Shown: in pieces, positions 13,934 through 28,359 of the stretch
How positions within the stretch are numbered: position 1 is the stretch's first letter
Layout: each line of letters starts with the position of its first letter
Assembly (NCBI RefSeq): GCF_026210795.1
Contig: NC_089435.1
Coordinates: 1,178,001-1,242,000 of the forward strand
Length of the DNA stretch: 64,000 nt
DNA from: Rhizophagus irregularis
Lineage: Eukaryota
Direction of reading: 5' to 3'
Position numbers and translations under genes: made by a program
The notes under the pieces: generated by a model
Told to the model about the DNA's origin: nothing
Seen by the model: only the letters and a program-made list of their open reading frames with translations
Database searches by the model: none

Positions 13934-14296
13934 TAGAGGTTGGAACCGTCCAAAAAAAGCCTTAACCGGTAAAAATCGGTTAACAAAGGGCTTAATCGGT
14001 TAATTAACCGGTTAATATGAAAAATATTTAAAATATTTTAAAAAATTTTTTACTGAAAATTGTACCAATTTTCGATTTTACTAACACATTTAGTTTGAAA
14101 GAAGATTATTTTTTCATCAATAACATTATTAATAAATAGGAAAAATTCGGTATTAAAACTTCGAGTTTGGCTGAAATTACCAAGTCTCTGGGCCGCATTA
14201 AGTAAATCTGACCAGAATTATGGATTTATAGTCAAAATAGTTTTAACCGGTTAACCTATGTCTTAACTGGTTAACATTAACCGGTTCCAACCTCTA
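13934..14296. mobile_element. hAT-type MITE
   Basis: TIR TAGAGGTTGGAACCG / CGGTTCCAACCTCTA; perfect 8-bp TSD CGTATAAC (13926-13933, 14297-14304); TTAACCGGTTAA subterminal palindromes. Confidence 0.95.
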
Positions 14297-14841
14297 CGTA
14301 TAACTATAAAATTTTAATACGTGATTCTTTGGAATAATAGAATTATAACAATAGATGTAACGCGATCATCATTTTTTTTTATTTGCATGATCGCGCGTAT
14401 AATAGTTCTTCTATATTTCAGCTCATCGGTTGTCTTTTTGAAGGAGACAAATTTAAAACCGAATATTAAATGCTTTAAGAAAAAAAAAAATTTTATAGAA
14501 TTCTTTAATTCATTTATGATCATCGATAAATTATAATAATGAAGTAATTTATTTGTTTCACATTCTTGTGAATCTCGTTATTTTATTTATTTATTTTTTT
14601 TTAAAAAAAAATAAAATAAATTGTGTAACAAATGTAAACATATCTATTTTTAATAAACTCGATCATTTTATTATTCACTACATTAATTAAGTTATTATAT
14701 AATAAAATAGTAAATTATAATAATAATAATAATGACACAAAAAAAAATTGTGTCGTTTTTTTTTTTGTTTTTATTAATTACATTAAAATATATATATATA
14801 TACATTAAATTATATAATATTTAAAAAAAATATATACCATT

Positions 14842-17800
14842 CTAAGAATGATTTTCATTCTTCTCACGAGCCTCGACACGCAATTGTTCAAGTATTAATT
14901 TGATTTCATCAAGGGATTGTTCTAAAGTCTCTATTTTATTTTTTGTCTTATCATCTTTAGAATCTTTAGAATCTTTAGATTCATTAAATGGCCATTCTTT
15001 CTCCTTCAGTTCTATCATCTTTTCCCATTCTGCACTTTCCGCTTCGGTAACATTGTATGTAAACCATGTCGGAAACCAGTCAACACGGTTTCGTTCCCAA
15101 GGCGTTAATAGGTATTTTTCAATATCGACAATCATTTCGGAGACTTGTTTGAGCCATTTAATTTGACCCTAGAAAATGTAAAAAGTAAGGTCAGCCATCA
15201 TTACATAATTTCACGTTCACTATTGATTCAAATTCAAATTTTGTTCTTACCTTCTTAGTTATAGATTTGACATGCAAATTCAATAATACAATGAGCATAC
15301 TGAGAAATAATAAAGATATCAGGATTATAAACAAAATTCGGAAAAATTGAATTGAGGCTCTATCATCCCATGGTTTAAGAGAGTCAAAATCGTTCCCGAG
15401 AAATTTTATCATTTCCACTAAAGCTGATCCAAAATTTACAAAGCTATTTGTTTTACTATCAGAATTACTTGTTTCATTACGAAGTATGAAGAAAGGCATA
15501 AATGCGAAGCCAAAAAGTAGAGTGGTCAATAATATCAAAAATCCAAAAATTTCTTTGACCATATCTTTTAATACAATCAGCAGAACGCCTACTGGTTTAT
15601 AAAAACGAAATTGTAATATCATGTCTGCCCATATAATGGCGGTCGAAAATCCAATAAATTCTCCTGATGGTGGTTTATCGCTTAATACTCTAATTATCAT
15701 TATAAAAGCTAATATAATAGCGGTAAGATCAATGTAGTTAATAAATGATTTCCAATATTTTGGTCTGGTTGCTAATTGTATTGATTCATGTAGTCCAAGG
15801 TATATGATGACAATTAATTGTAAAGATGCGGTAACTTTCGCACCATATACATTGCCTTGCGTCATTAAAATCCCACTCAATAAATGCATCAATAAATTTA
15901 TAAGCATTGGTATCAATAGACGCTCTAAATACCTCCTCTTTGCGAAAGTATCGAGCTTCCAATTCAGTAACTTTTTAAGCCAGATTATTTCGAAAAAGTC
16001 GAGCATCAGATCCTCATCTTTTATATCCAGAATCTCATCAATTAAACAAGAGAACGGACTCTCTGCAAATGAATGATGTGGTTTTGCCTGATTGGAAATC
16101 AATGTAGTAACTTGACCGAGAGAAAGCATGGCCATTTGATGTAAAGAGTTATGTCGCGAGTCTAATTTGTAATTCCATTTTGGAAGCTTAAAAACTTCAT
16201 TCTTATACGAACAAAATCCAGCAAGAGGCAAAGTATATTTTGTAACGGTTGAATATGTTGTTTGATTTGATCTTTGATATTTCATTAGTGAAAACATGTC
16301 GTATAGTAAAGATGGGTTGAGTCTCCATCTTATAAAATTTACAATTCCCATCAAGGTTTCGTTTTTAGAAATATTCTTCAATATTTTTCTTATGAAATTT
16401 GTAATTTCTATAAATTTATCGCTTTCACGTATAATCTCAAATTTTTTTTTTATAAAATTTTCATTTTTTTTCGATTCATCAATACTGCGTACATTTACTA
16501 TTCTATCTTCAACATCCATATCCCATAAAGCAATGTAGTTTAAAAAAGACCGGACTCCGGTTGGTTGAATCCGACAAACAGCTGAAATACAATAAGTGAT
16601 GGTCATTGTATTTTTCATGACTAGTTCTTTTGATTGATGATACTGTTTGAGAAATTCATCGGTAAGAAGGTTACTATTCGAAATTGCGTCAACATTCATT
16701 GCACCTGCAAATACGCACGGAAAAAGCCAATCATTATTATCGTAATTCATATCTTCAAATATGGAATCATAATTATTAGACACGATATTAATGAACTGTT
16801 CATCGAGAACATTATCAGATTCTCGATCACGGTGATTGTAAATTAACCATATTTCCAATTTTGGGGCGCTATAAACACTCCTTTTCCTACTTCCAAAACG
16901 TAAAAGACCATTATTACCATCTTGTCCAAAGTTAGGTATATAACCACAAAAGGTGGATGAACTCGTAATAATATTATTAGGCGAAACAAACCAATCATTA
17001 GGTAAAGTTATATTACGAGAATCAGATATTGCGAATATGTCGTACTTAGCATCACACTTAATATTGAAATCTGTAATGACTATTGATGTCTTGGTAGCGT
17101 GAAGAATCCCAGAGTACGTTCGTAATTCAGACTTGTGTTCTATTGTGAGAAAATAATGATCCTTGCATTTCGCAATTTCAAGTGTAAGACTTGAACCAAA
17201 TATGTTGTGATCAGTGTAAAGTATTCGTATACACATTTCCGTAAAATCTCCTGGCATACCATGACGTTTTACAAATCTTACTGCAATTATTGTGAGAGTG
17301 TGATTGCATTTTACTGCAAAAACATGGACTTTGCACGCCTCGTTCCAAGGATAAGAGAATGAGAGAAGATGTATCACTTTTTCAGCGGCATCCGACTCTA
17401 ATGACGTTCCGGGATCATAACAATTATTTGATAAAAACATAAGTTCATATACATTATCTCGAACTATGTCGTTAACAGGACTTTGGTCAGGAGATGTACT
17501 CTTTGGTGTAACCGATAATTTATTGTACGCTGCCATGACTTCCCAACTTGCAAAAAGTTCACAATCAACTGCGGAAATTCCTTTTGATATCGTGTCGAAG
17601 TATTTTTCAGCTTTACTAACATAATCGTATATTCCAGGGACCGATGAAGCTACTACTCGAATAGCGCCTGCAGAGGGATAAGGAGGAAATATCGCACCAA
17701 AAATCAAGAGACCACTTGATTCTGACATACCAACGCTCAAAACCTGGTATCCGTTAAAGGTGGAATAATCGATACTTATATGATCAATAATTTGAAAATT

Positions 17801-19027
17801 CCATGTGAGCATGATTTGGATATTTATTAAACGATCGTTCGCCGAAATCACAGTAATAACTTCTCCATTAGGAGAAAAACGGCACAAGTACTCATGTTTG
17901 GAAGTGACGATATCCTGTTCACTTTCTACTCCTAGCAAAGTACATTCTTGGAACGGATGATAAGTCGGATTTGTCAAATCCCAATAATTTAAAGAACCTT
18001 TCTTTGTTGGAAGAGCTACGAGATTATTTCCACCTTTTGATACCCAAACTCTTCGAGACGAGTTATAATTAAAATCTTGGATTGGTAAAGTTATTGTAAC
18101 ATCATTTATCAAATCTTGAATTAAGCTGCGCTCCGAATGATCGCTTTTTATTGCAACATATATTGATTTGTCAAAATAAAGAGGACCTAATAGTTTAACA
18201 TTTGTCACCGTACGTTTATAATCGCATTCAACGCTCCACTTTTTGACCAATTCCCAATTTGTCGTTGAATATGCTTCAATAGGATAAGATTCTATTGTTC
18301 GAGCGGTATTCACTTCTTCTGTACCAACTATAAAGAAATAACGTTCATCATCACTAAATTGATAATCTCTACATTTAAATTGCTGACCTTTCCTTTCCGG
18401 ATGAACCCAGGTCATAGAACTGCCTTTGTCTTTGATCAACAAATGAAGGCAATGACTATAATCTGATGATATATGTAGAAATAATGTTTCACCATCGTTC
18501 ATGAGTGAGCCTTCTAGTTCTAGCTTTCCAACTCCATCAGTATCGACTACCGCTACATACTTTTCGTCTACACTCAAAGGAAAGTCACCTTGCCAATTAA
18601 TACATATTTGATCAAGTTTAAATTGATATACGGTTATTTTAACTGTCGGAGAGTCCTGCATCACATATAAACTGGCAAAATATTCATTGCTTGCAGAAGT
18701 AGCAAAACTCAAGGTTGAAGGATTTACGTGGGAACACAATTTCACTTCTAAAGAAGTATTCAAATACGTATCAAATAATTTTTGGTTTACCATATCCGAA
18801 TTTAACAAAGTGCCTTTTGGTTTAACTCTTCCGACCAGCATGATTTCTTGAGGGCGTGAAATAACAGTATATGAAGGTTCATCAAAATCTATTTCATTAT
18901 TTTCATTTTTGCTACATTTCCAATCTTCCTTCTGACAAACCCTACTACAATACAACGTTGAGTGTAATTCTCCACTCATATTCTTACCGCATCGTTTGCA
19001 TGTTTTTTCATTAACTTCCAAACTCAT
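14842..19027 (-). CDS. TRP-like 6-TM ion channel with a long beta-rich N-terminus and a partial MYND-like zinc finger (exons 19027-15251, 15168-14842; ~1367 aa)
   Basis: Six hydrophobic helices with a pore-like FVNFGSAL...GNDFDSL segment. A phase-0 GT-AG intron at 15250-15169 joins the two ORFs. C-terminal coiled coil. N-terminal CKRC...YCSRVCQKEDW. Confidence 0.8.
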
Positions 19028-22000
19028 ATGAAAAACTTGTATCAGATAATAAAAGAAAGTTATGGTGTAAAGAAGCTTCTAGCTTCTCCGATGAATTTGG
19101 GATTGTATTGTTTAAAGTATGTCTTATTTCAAATTGATTCAATTTAAATAATTAATTCCATGATTACGTAAATTGTACACATTAATACTGTTATTGTGGA
19201 AATATTTTTAAGGGAGCGAACCCGAATACCATAGAGTGAAACATGAATTTAATTACAAAATAATTATTTATTTAGATCGTTCCAGGGGGAATTTGCAGTT
19301 TTTGTAAACAACGAGGCGCAGTAACTAATTTGAAAATTTTTCCCTTGTTGAGGTACAAAATAACTGGTCGATTAAACGCCCAAACATCAAATTAATTCGT
19401 TATGTTGTACGCTTATAAAAAAAAAAAACAAAAAAAAAACAAAAAAAAAACAAAAAGATATAAAAAAAAATATTAGTTAAAATTGTGTTAACCAATCATT
19501 TAAACAAAATTTTGCATATTATTTTTTTCGTTAATACATTTTGTTTGTTTATTGTTTTCGTTATACATAATATTATATGGCGTTTGTAACATGATATCTG
19601 GACGATCCCATCACAAAATGTGGCGTAGTAAATTTAAGTTCGCGCATCATTTATAAGCTTATAAACATACATAACCAATTGTTTTTTTTCGTAACAAAGT
19701 CCGAAAAATCCGATTATTCCGAAAATATATTAAAATAAAAAAATTAAAAAAAAAATTAAAAACCATTAGTAATAAATTAATAATAATATTTCTTGGATAC
19801 GATTCGTTTCGTTAATTTAGTATATTTTTTTTTTAGGCGTAATCCGCTGATAAAACAATAACAATAAAGTAAAATTTTTTTTTTTTGACGGTAAAAAGAA
19901 AAAAATTAAGTTGCAATTGTACTTGATATAAATGATAGATTTGAAATTTAGTTAATAATAATAATTTATTATTGAATAAATTTATAAATTTGAAATTGAA
20001 TCTAATTTAAATCTTACCATGATTTTTTTTTTACATTTTGATATAGCAAGTCAGTGAACGAAAAGTAGAATATAGAATATATGAAAATAGAGTTATACAT
20101 ATTCAATGAAAATAATTTCCTAATTTTGACCAATCGCATATTCCTATGATATCCGATGCTCAAGATGCATCCAATTGCATTACAGGTAATGGGTAAACTA
20201 TGAAAATCCTGAAACACCACCAAATTTAAGTCGGTCCAAATTTCTGTCAAATTTTTCCGTATTTTATGGGGAATTTGATCGATGTCTAACCAACATTTTA
20301 TTCAAATATTACCTAACATTTTTTAATTAAATTTTTTTAACTGTTCACTTTTTTCGTAAGTTTATAATTATTAGTACGCTCTTTTTTTACGCCACGTTGG
20401 TCGTAATAATTTTTTAAATTACTAAACAAAGTAATCATTAACTTACACACCCCTTTGTTCAAAATAAAGTTTAAAATTTATAAATAAATAATTAAAAAAA
20501 AATAAAAAAAGAAAAAAAATAATTAATTTGTATTTCACTTAATGATTTATTTTTTATTTTTTATTTTTATTATCCATGTGAAAAAAATAGGATTTATTTA
20601 TAGAACGTGAATTATTAATCATGATTACTGAATCATCAAAACAGAAAAAAAAATTATCCCATTGCGTTACTTTATATATATCTTTTCTTATAATTGCTTC
20701 TTTTTTTCTTTTCTCTTTTTCTCTCTTTTTTTTCTTTTTTTTTCTGTAAGACACTTTTTTTTTGTAAGACATTAATCATTTATTTATTTATGCATACAAT
20801 ACATTTAAAGTGTGTAATACAACGCATATCCAATGTTACATCAGCTGACATGTTATCAGATTTAATTTCGGCCAGAATTAAGATCAGGATCAGCATGATT
20901 TAAATATTGCCGATAATATAAAAATTATATGTACTTTTGCGTATGTAATTTCTTCTAAGAATAATAACTTCAATAATCAAATCTTTACACTCATATTTAA
21001 TTTAAGTTATAATGATGAAAGTTTTTGACTGGTGATACATATCTGATATCGGTGAATCAATATTTTTATGCAAAGATTGTATCACAATCTGATTTTCGTT
21101 CATTAAACATTGATAAAATTAATGAAAATTCGTTATAATTTTTCCATTTACGCCATTTACGTATTGTTTTCTGACATGTACACGTGTTCATTAGTAGGGT
21201 GAATTCTTGGTACTAATTTTCGTGCGACATAAAATTGACTAGTATCAGTTACACGAATACTCTATTTGCACTAAATAAGGATGATAAAGAAAAAATTTTT
21301 TGAGACGTGATCTCCCAATAGTTTTAAGCAATGACATGTTTCATAACTTAAAAAGTATGCATATTATAAAAAACGATATATTTGTTAATGGAACTAGTAC
21401 AAATTTAGTTCTCTTTTCATTTTTCGAAATATTTTGATTTCATTTAAAAAATTTTTATATGACCGGACGAAAGAAATAGCAAAAAAAAAATATGTATGAA
21501 TATTTATTAATTGATAAAAAAAAAATTTCAAAAATGAATTATATAAATTTTACATAAATTTGTTAATGTGCACTTAATTTTTTCTTTATTATATTATGTT
21601 GATGTATTAAATAAACTCGATATGCGATAAGGACTTAAACAGCGACAGAGGTTATAGTATTGCGTGACACAATCTATTAAAAATTTATTCTATTTGCATT
21701 TTGTACCATTCTGTACTGTACATACTGTATAATATTAGTGGACGGATATTTCTCAAAGATTAATAACAGGTCCTAATATCCCAACCAATAATACTTTTAT
21801 TGGATAGGAAATATCGGTCTCCACCAATATTTTTACCTCTTTCATCCAACAATTACAATATATTAACGAGAAAAACGGAAACCGTTAAAGTCCGTCGCTA
21901 ATACAAATATACATACATATACATATAAATTTCGATGTAATCATAAAATTATAAATTCAGATATTAATGTCATGTTGAAACGTTGTAAATACTGATATGT

Positions 22001-22368
22001 AATCTTTATTAGTTGAGATGTGAAATACAGTTATTTTATTAAAATTTTTTCAAAAAAAAAAAAATACTTTGATTTCGATAAATTGCAATTTTATTTTTCT
22101 GGGTGATTATTATCCAAAGAAGGAAAGTGCAGGGGCTGAAGGAAGAAAATAATTTAGGGGATAACAACAAACATTTGCTTATGGTTAGTAGCTTTATAAA
22201 GTTAGTGTAGGGTAAATCGAAATTTTTAAAAAATCTTTTTTCATGCGTGTGCCGAATTATCACGATCATGATTTTCATACTGCGCATATTTTGTTTGTTA
22301 CACACTTTTACGCCATATATAAATTAAATAAAGGGGCGATAAAGAACAAATTTTCTTCCCTATAAAAA

Positions 22369-24143
22369 ATGTCGAAGCTTAATAAAGATGTGATAACCCT
22401 GATATTAAAAGAATTATATGATAAAGATAATACACTTTATCCATGTCTTTTAGTTAACAGGACTTGGTGTGAAACGACTGTACCAATTTATGGAAGAATC
22501 CATTTCGATATCACTTAAAAAAAGATGCACATATCATTATAATTAATGTAATACTTTCATATTTATCAGAAGAATCAAGAGATAATTTGAAGAGTCAAGG
22601 AATCAAACTTCCAAAAACATATCAACAACCTTTATTAAATTATATTAGTTTTTGGAAATATTTAAATTTAGATGTATTAGATGTGATAGAGACTTTTGTA
22701 ACAGATACAAATAATATTATTATTAAACCCGAAATTCATATTTTAAGATTAGAAATCATGAATATATTTAGTAGGAATACAAAATTTTATTTTCTTCGTA
22801 GTTTTTCTCATTCTTCCTTTTTTATTTTTGGTACTGAACTTTGTTTCTCAGAACTTGAATCCTTTTGTTGTAATTCTACTACAATCAACAACATTTTAGC
22901 AAAAGAATTGGCTATATTAAATACATCTAGTGTTTGGAATCGAATATATTCGAATATACTCGAGTATTCATTTTAATTTATAAAGTGTATTCGAATAATA
23001 TTCGAATAAGTTAAATTTCCTTTTATAGTAATGATTTACATAATTTTTAGCCTGAATTATGATTTTAACTCAGTTAAATTTAAGGATTTAATGCCCAATT
23101 AGAATTTTAACTATACTATATCTGGCTAAATGAATACTCGAATAACCACTATGCTTATTCGAATACTCGAATATACTCGAGTTATTCGAATAACTGCTAC
23201 ATGATTCCAAACACTAAATACATCATTTAAAAAATTGATTTTTGATATTTTATATTATAATCATAATCCTGGTATCATTAAATTAATTGAAGATCAAAAA
23301 AACTTAAAAGAAGTTAAATTCATCTATAAATGTTTGCCGATTAATAATGAATCAATTATTAGACCACTTGAAGAGTCACTAATTAAATGCGCTGATACTA
23401 TTCAATATTTGAGAATAGATTGGAAACCTGTCACAAAATTATTTTCATATCTTGTAAATTTATTAAGTTTAGAAATAAACGCTTTTGGCCACAAAAATTG
23501 GAATCATTTGGAAAAGATTTCTTTACCTCTTTTAAAATATCTAAAAGCTCAATTCTTCTCATCTAATATTTTAGCAAGTTTAATTGAAAATACAAAAGGA
23601 AATCTTATTGAAATAAGTATTATTTATGATCGAAGTGATGATGAAGGAAGGCTTATCCAGGCAATTTATCAAAATTGTCCAAACCTAAATTATCTTAAAT
23701 TATCATTGTTTAATGAGAATATTTCAGAATTTGAAAATTTATTAATTAATTGTCGAATTTTAAATGGATTAGAAATTTACAGTACACACGAGGATCAAAT
23801 TAATTGGAAAATTTTATTTGAAGTATTGATGAGGTCTGCACCAATTAGTTTATTTAAATTTAAATTTATATATTTTTCTATTGATTCTTATCTGAAAATT
23901 GATTTGGAATCTTTAAGTTTATTTCTCGACAATTGGAAAGATAGGCGTTCTATGTTATTACAAATCTTTTCATTGGGAGATATGTTAAACGTGGAGCAGA
24001 AACGGCAACATCTGCTAAAATTAAAAGATTTTTTACAAAAATATAAAACAAAAGGAGTAATCAAAAATTATGTCACTGATGGGATGGGATTTGAAGATTT
24101 TGAATGGATTCAAAGAAAATTCCTTAAAGGAAGATTAAAATAA
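22369..24143 (+). pseudogene. F-box/LRR-like gene disrupted by a 1-nt frameshift (~22487) and a MITE
   Basis: Starts MSKLNKDV...LYPCLLVNRTWCETTVPI, clearly paralogous to the genes at 41459 and 43536. Removing the MITE joins the 22587 and 23235 ORFs in frame. Confidence 0.9.
22928..23216. mobile_element. hAT-type MITE inside the F-box gene
   Basis: TIR TAGTGTTTGGAATC / GATTCCAAACACTA; 8-bp TSD AATACATC (22920-22927, 23217-23224); TATTCGAATA subterminal motifs. Confidence 0.95.
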
Positions 24144-24767
24144 TTGATGGAAAATCGCAATTTAATCACGGAAAATTAGAAAGTTATATGTTAGAACCAA
24201 ATTTTATTTAGAATATTAGCTTTTTTTTAGTGAATTTATGTTACTTATTGGGTAAAATGTAAATAATAAAATGTTTCAATATGCAGTGTAATACTGTAAT
24301 TATCAAAAAATTCATAATAAAGTCAGTGAATTGATTCTATGATGCAGTTATAAGTTTAAGCAAATAAACGTTTTCAAACTTCAAAGCATTATGATTGTGT
24401 GCGTCACGATGGAGAGTCATTTGAGAATACAGGACCGATATAGCCCCACATCCAATAAAAACGTTTTTGATCATGCATTAATTAATAACGTCATAAATAA
24501 GCTTTCTACAAATTTCATTTTTATGCTATTTTTAATCCACTTTATAAGCTTTATTTAAACTTTTCCTACAAAATATTCATTTACACCATATTTTTTTACT
24601 CCACTTTATTATATCAATCATGTGTTATTGCTATGCCTAATAAAAATATTGGTTTACGAAAATCTGCATGATTCTATTAGGCTGAACAATAACATTATTT
24701 ATACGAATTACGTCGTCCTAGTATATAAATAGAGGGTAGTAAAGGCAAATTTATATTCCCTTTAAAG

Positions 24768-25470
24768 ATGTTAAAGCTTAAGAAGACATGAATTTCCTAT
24801 TATTAGAAGAATTATTTCTTAGTTAATTTGTGTAAAACAACGGTACAATTTTATGGATGAACCCTGCTAAATATGCTCACTGGGTTGGTTCCGAACTGAT
24901 ACTATTGAAAAAACTGAGTTGAATAGAGTCAAACTGAAAAACCGTTTCGGTTTCATAATCAGTTTTTGTCGCTTCGGTCCAATCCGAGTCAGTATGTATC
25001 AAAATTTATTAAAATCGATTTGAAACCGATGCACCAAACCGAATGGAACGACGAACTTTTTCCATCCCCATCTAGTCTCTATCCCTATCTAATCGACAGA
25101 GCATATAATATTTTATTTAATGTTATATCTTTATACTGTATGTCTCCGTAAAAAGAGCAATACTCTGAATTTTTAAATTGCCTCATGACTTTTGATAAGT
25201 GTAAACGACCCTTAATTAATTTAATTATATTAGATTTTGGAGAATTCTGGATATTTTTATTTCAGGACGAAAAATCCATAGGAAATGAAGCATGTCACAA
25301 AATTTCTTTCATATTTATGAATAATGGCTTCACTGAGAAAAAGTGCCTTTACCTCTTTTAAAATATCTAAAAGCTAAAATGATTTATCTTGAATTTATCG
25401 AATAGTTTGGTGAACCTATTTGGGTGAGCAGGATGGTAGATAGTTCTTTTTGAACATAAAATCTTAAGTC
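24768..25470 (+). pseudogene. Heavily decayed F-box/LRR remnant with an internal MITE-like remnant (~24885-25072)
   Basis: ATGTTAAAGCTTAAGAAGAC...TTAGAAGAATTA start. CCTTTACCTCTTTTAAAATATCTAAAAGCT matches the paralog at ~23521. Confidence 0.5.
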
Positions 25471-27444
25471 CCTAATAATATTATAGTATAGTTCGATCGT
25501 GTTCTTTACTAAATGTTATATAATGTAGATCTTTTCCTTTTTTGTAATTTTTCTTATTTCTAAATAAAGTAATATATTTGACTTCGTTAAAAAAAAAAAA
25601 CTAATATACTTTAAATATTCATTTTGTAAGTAAAATGCATTTCCCCCCCTTATTTAATCACATTAACGGCAACTTTTTTGTTACACACTGTATTTTAAAA
25701 GAATTTCTCAATACAGATTAGTGCATTGGAAAAACATGGCCTAAAAAAATTGTGTAACTTCTTTTTTGGTTAGAATATTCCTTTTTAGTAACTCAATGAC
25801 AACCTTTGTCGAAAAAAATTTGTCTAGAAAGAACAACAATTTTTACAAATAAATTTCTAAAATAACAAAATGGAAACTGAATTCAGCAACTTAAATATCT
25901 CAGATAAAGATACTGATACAGTAAACACCAAAAATTGTATATATTGCAATATACCTTTTATTGAAGAGTTATGGTGTAAAAAATGCATTAATTCTTTAGA
26001 AAAATTAGCAGAAAATGGTGATAAAGAAGCAATGTTTACTTTAGCCAATCATTATTATAATGGGAAAGGAACAGAGAAGAAGAATTTAGAAAAAGCCTTT
26101 TATTGGTTTCAAAAAGCAGTAGAAAATGGTTTTACTGGGGCAATGAATAATTTCGCGATATGTTATAAAAATGGAAAAGGTACAGAAAAGGATTTAGAAA
26201 AAGCCTTTCATTGGATTCAAAAAGCAGCAGAGAATGGAGATGAAGAGGCAATATTTGATTTGGCCAAATGCTATTATATTGGAGGAGGAACAGAAAAGAA
26301 TTTAGAAAAAGCCTTTCATTGGTTTCAAAAAGCAGCAGAAAATGGTGATGAAAAAGCAATAATTATTTTAGCCACATGTTATCATATTGGAAAAGGAACT
26401 GAAAAGAATTTAGAAAAAGCAATTCATTGGTATCAAAAAGCAGCAGAAAACGGAAATGAAGAAGCAATGTTTGATTTAGCCATATGTTATGATAGTGGAG
26501 AAAGAACAGAAAAGAATTTAGAAAAATCCTTTTATTGGTGTCAAGAAGCAGCAGAAAATGGTGTTAAAGAAGCAATGTTTGTTTTAGCCATATATTATAT
26601 AAATGGAGAAAGAACAGAAAAAAATTTAGAAAAAGCCTTTCATTGGTTCCAAAAAGCAGTGGAAAATGGTAATGAAAATGCAATGTTTAATTTGGCTAAA
26701 TGTTATTATAATGGAGTAGGAACAGAAAAGAATTTAGAAAAAGCCTTTCATTGGCTTCAAAAAGCAGCAGAGAATGGAGATGAAAAGGCAATATTTTATT
26801 TGGCTGAATGTTATTATAATGGAGTAGGAACAGAAAAGAATTTAGAAAAAGCCTTTCATTGGCTTCAAAAAGCAGCAGAGAATGGAGATGAAGAGGCAAT
26901 ATTTTATTTGGCTAAATGCTATTATATTGAAAAAGGAACAGAAAAGAATTTAGAAAAAGCCTTTCATTGGTTTCAAAAAGCAGCAGAAAATGGGGTTGAG
27001 GATGCAATGGTTATTTTAGCCAAATTCTATGAATATGGAGAAGGAACAGAAAAGAATTTAGAGAAAGCCTTTTATTGGTATCAAAAAGCAGCAGAAAATG
27101 GGGTTGAGGATGCAATGGTTATTTTAGCCAAATTCTATGAATATGGAGAAGGAACAGAAAAGAATTTAGAGAAAGCCTTTTATTGGTATCAAAAAGCAGC
27201 AGAAAAAGATCATATTGAAGCAATGTTTAGTTTCACAGGTCGAACAGATGTCATTGTCGCAAAATTTGCCTAGAATTTTTCTGGCAAATTGAGAATTATC
27301 CCGGTAAATTGGGGTAAATTGTGTTACAATTTTGGGATAATGGAGGTCTTACAATTTGGCAAATTTTGTCAAAATGGCGGAATTCCTACAGAATTCCTAA
27401 TTCAAATGTTGAGAAATTTTTCAGTAAATTATCATTAAATTGTG

Positions 27445-28253
27445 GGAAATTTTAGGCAAATTTTTAGTAATGTTATGTAAACGTAATGCAAATTATGGTG
27501 AATTTAGTTAAATTTTTAGTAATTTTATGCAAACGTAATGCAAATTGTGGTGAATTTAGTTAAATTTTTAGTAATGTTATGTAAACGTAATGCAAATTGT
27601 GGTGAATTTAGTTAAATTTTTAGTAATGTTATGTAAACGAAGTGCAAATTGTGGTGAATTTTAGGCAAATTTTTAGTAATTTTATGCAAACGTAATGCAA
27701 ATTGTGGTGAATTTAGTTAAATTTTTAGTAATGTTATGTAAACGAAGTGCAAATTGTGGTGAATTTAGTTAAATTTTTAGTAATGTTATGTAAACGTAAT
27801 GCAAATTGTGGTGAATTTAGTTAAATTTTTAGTAATTTTATGCAAACGTAATGCAAATTGTGGTGAATTTAGTTAAATTTTTAGAAATGTTATGTAAACG
27901 AAGTGCAAATTGTGGTGAATTTTAGGCAAATTTTTAGTAATTTTATGCAAATGTAATGCAAATTGTGGTGAATTTAGTTAAATTTTTAGTAATGTTATGT
28001 AAACGAAGTGCAAATTATGGTGAATTTAGTTAAATTTTTAGTAATGTTATGTAAACGTAATGCAAATTGTGGTGAATTTAGTTAAATTTTTAGTAATGTT
28101 ATGTAAACGTAATGCAAATTGTGGTGAATTTAGTTAAATTTTTAGTAATTTTATGCAAACGTAATGCAAATTGTGGTGAATTTAGTTAAATTTTTAGTAA
28201 TTTTATGCCAACGTAATGCAAATTGTGCTGAATTTAGGTAAATTTTTAGTAAT
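27445..28253. repeat. Left subterminal tandem array, 52-53 bp x ~15
   Basis: Unit TTTTTAGTAATGTTATGTAAACGTAATGCAAATTGTGGTGAATTTAGTTAAA. Confidence 0.95.
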
Positions 28254-28359
28254 GACACCAAATTTACCAAATTTGAAATAAAAATTGTCAAAAATATTAC
28301 ATATATTTTGATATTTATTATATAATCCATTAATATCCCTACATATTCTTCCTATACCC

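Noticed and set aside
26132..26899. Minus-strand Leu/Phe/His-rich ORFs (also 35507-36588 and the ORFs antisense to polB)
   Set aside because: They are antisense shadows of real coding sequence.
27445..28253. 52-bp array as a CRISPR array
   Set aside because: Units are contiguous with no unique spacers, there are no cas genes, and the array lies at a transposon end in eukaryotic DNA.
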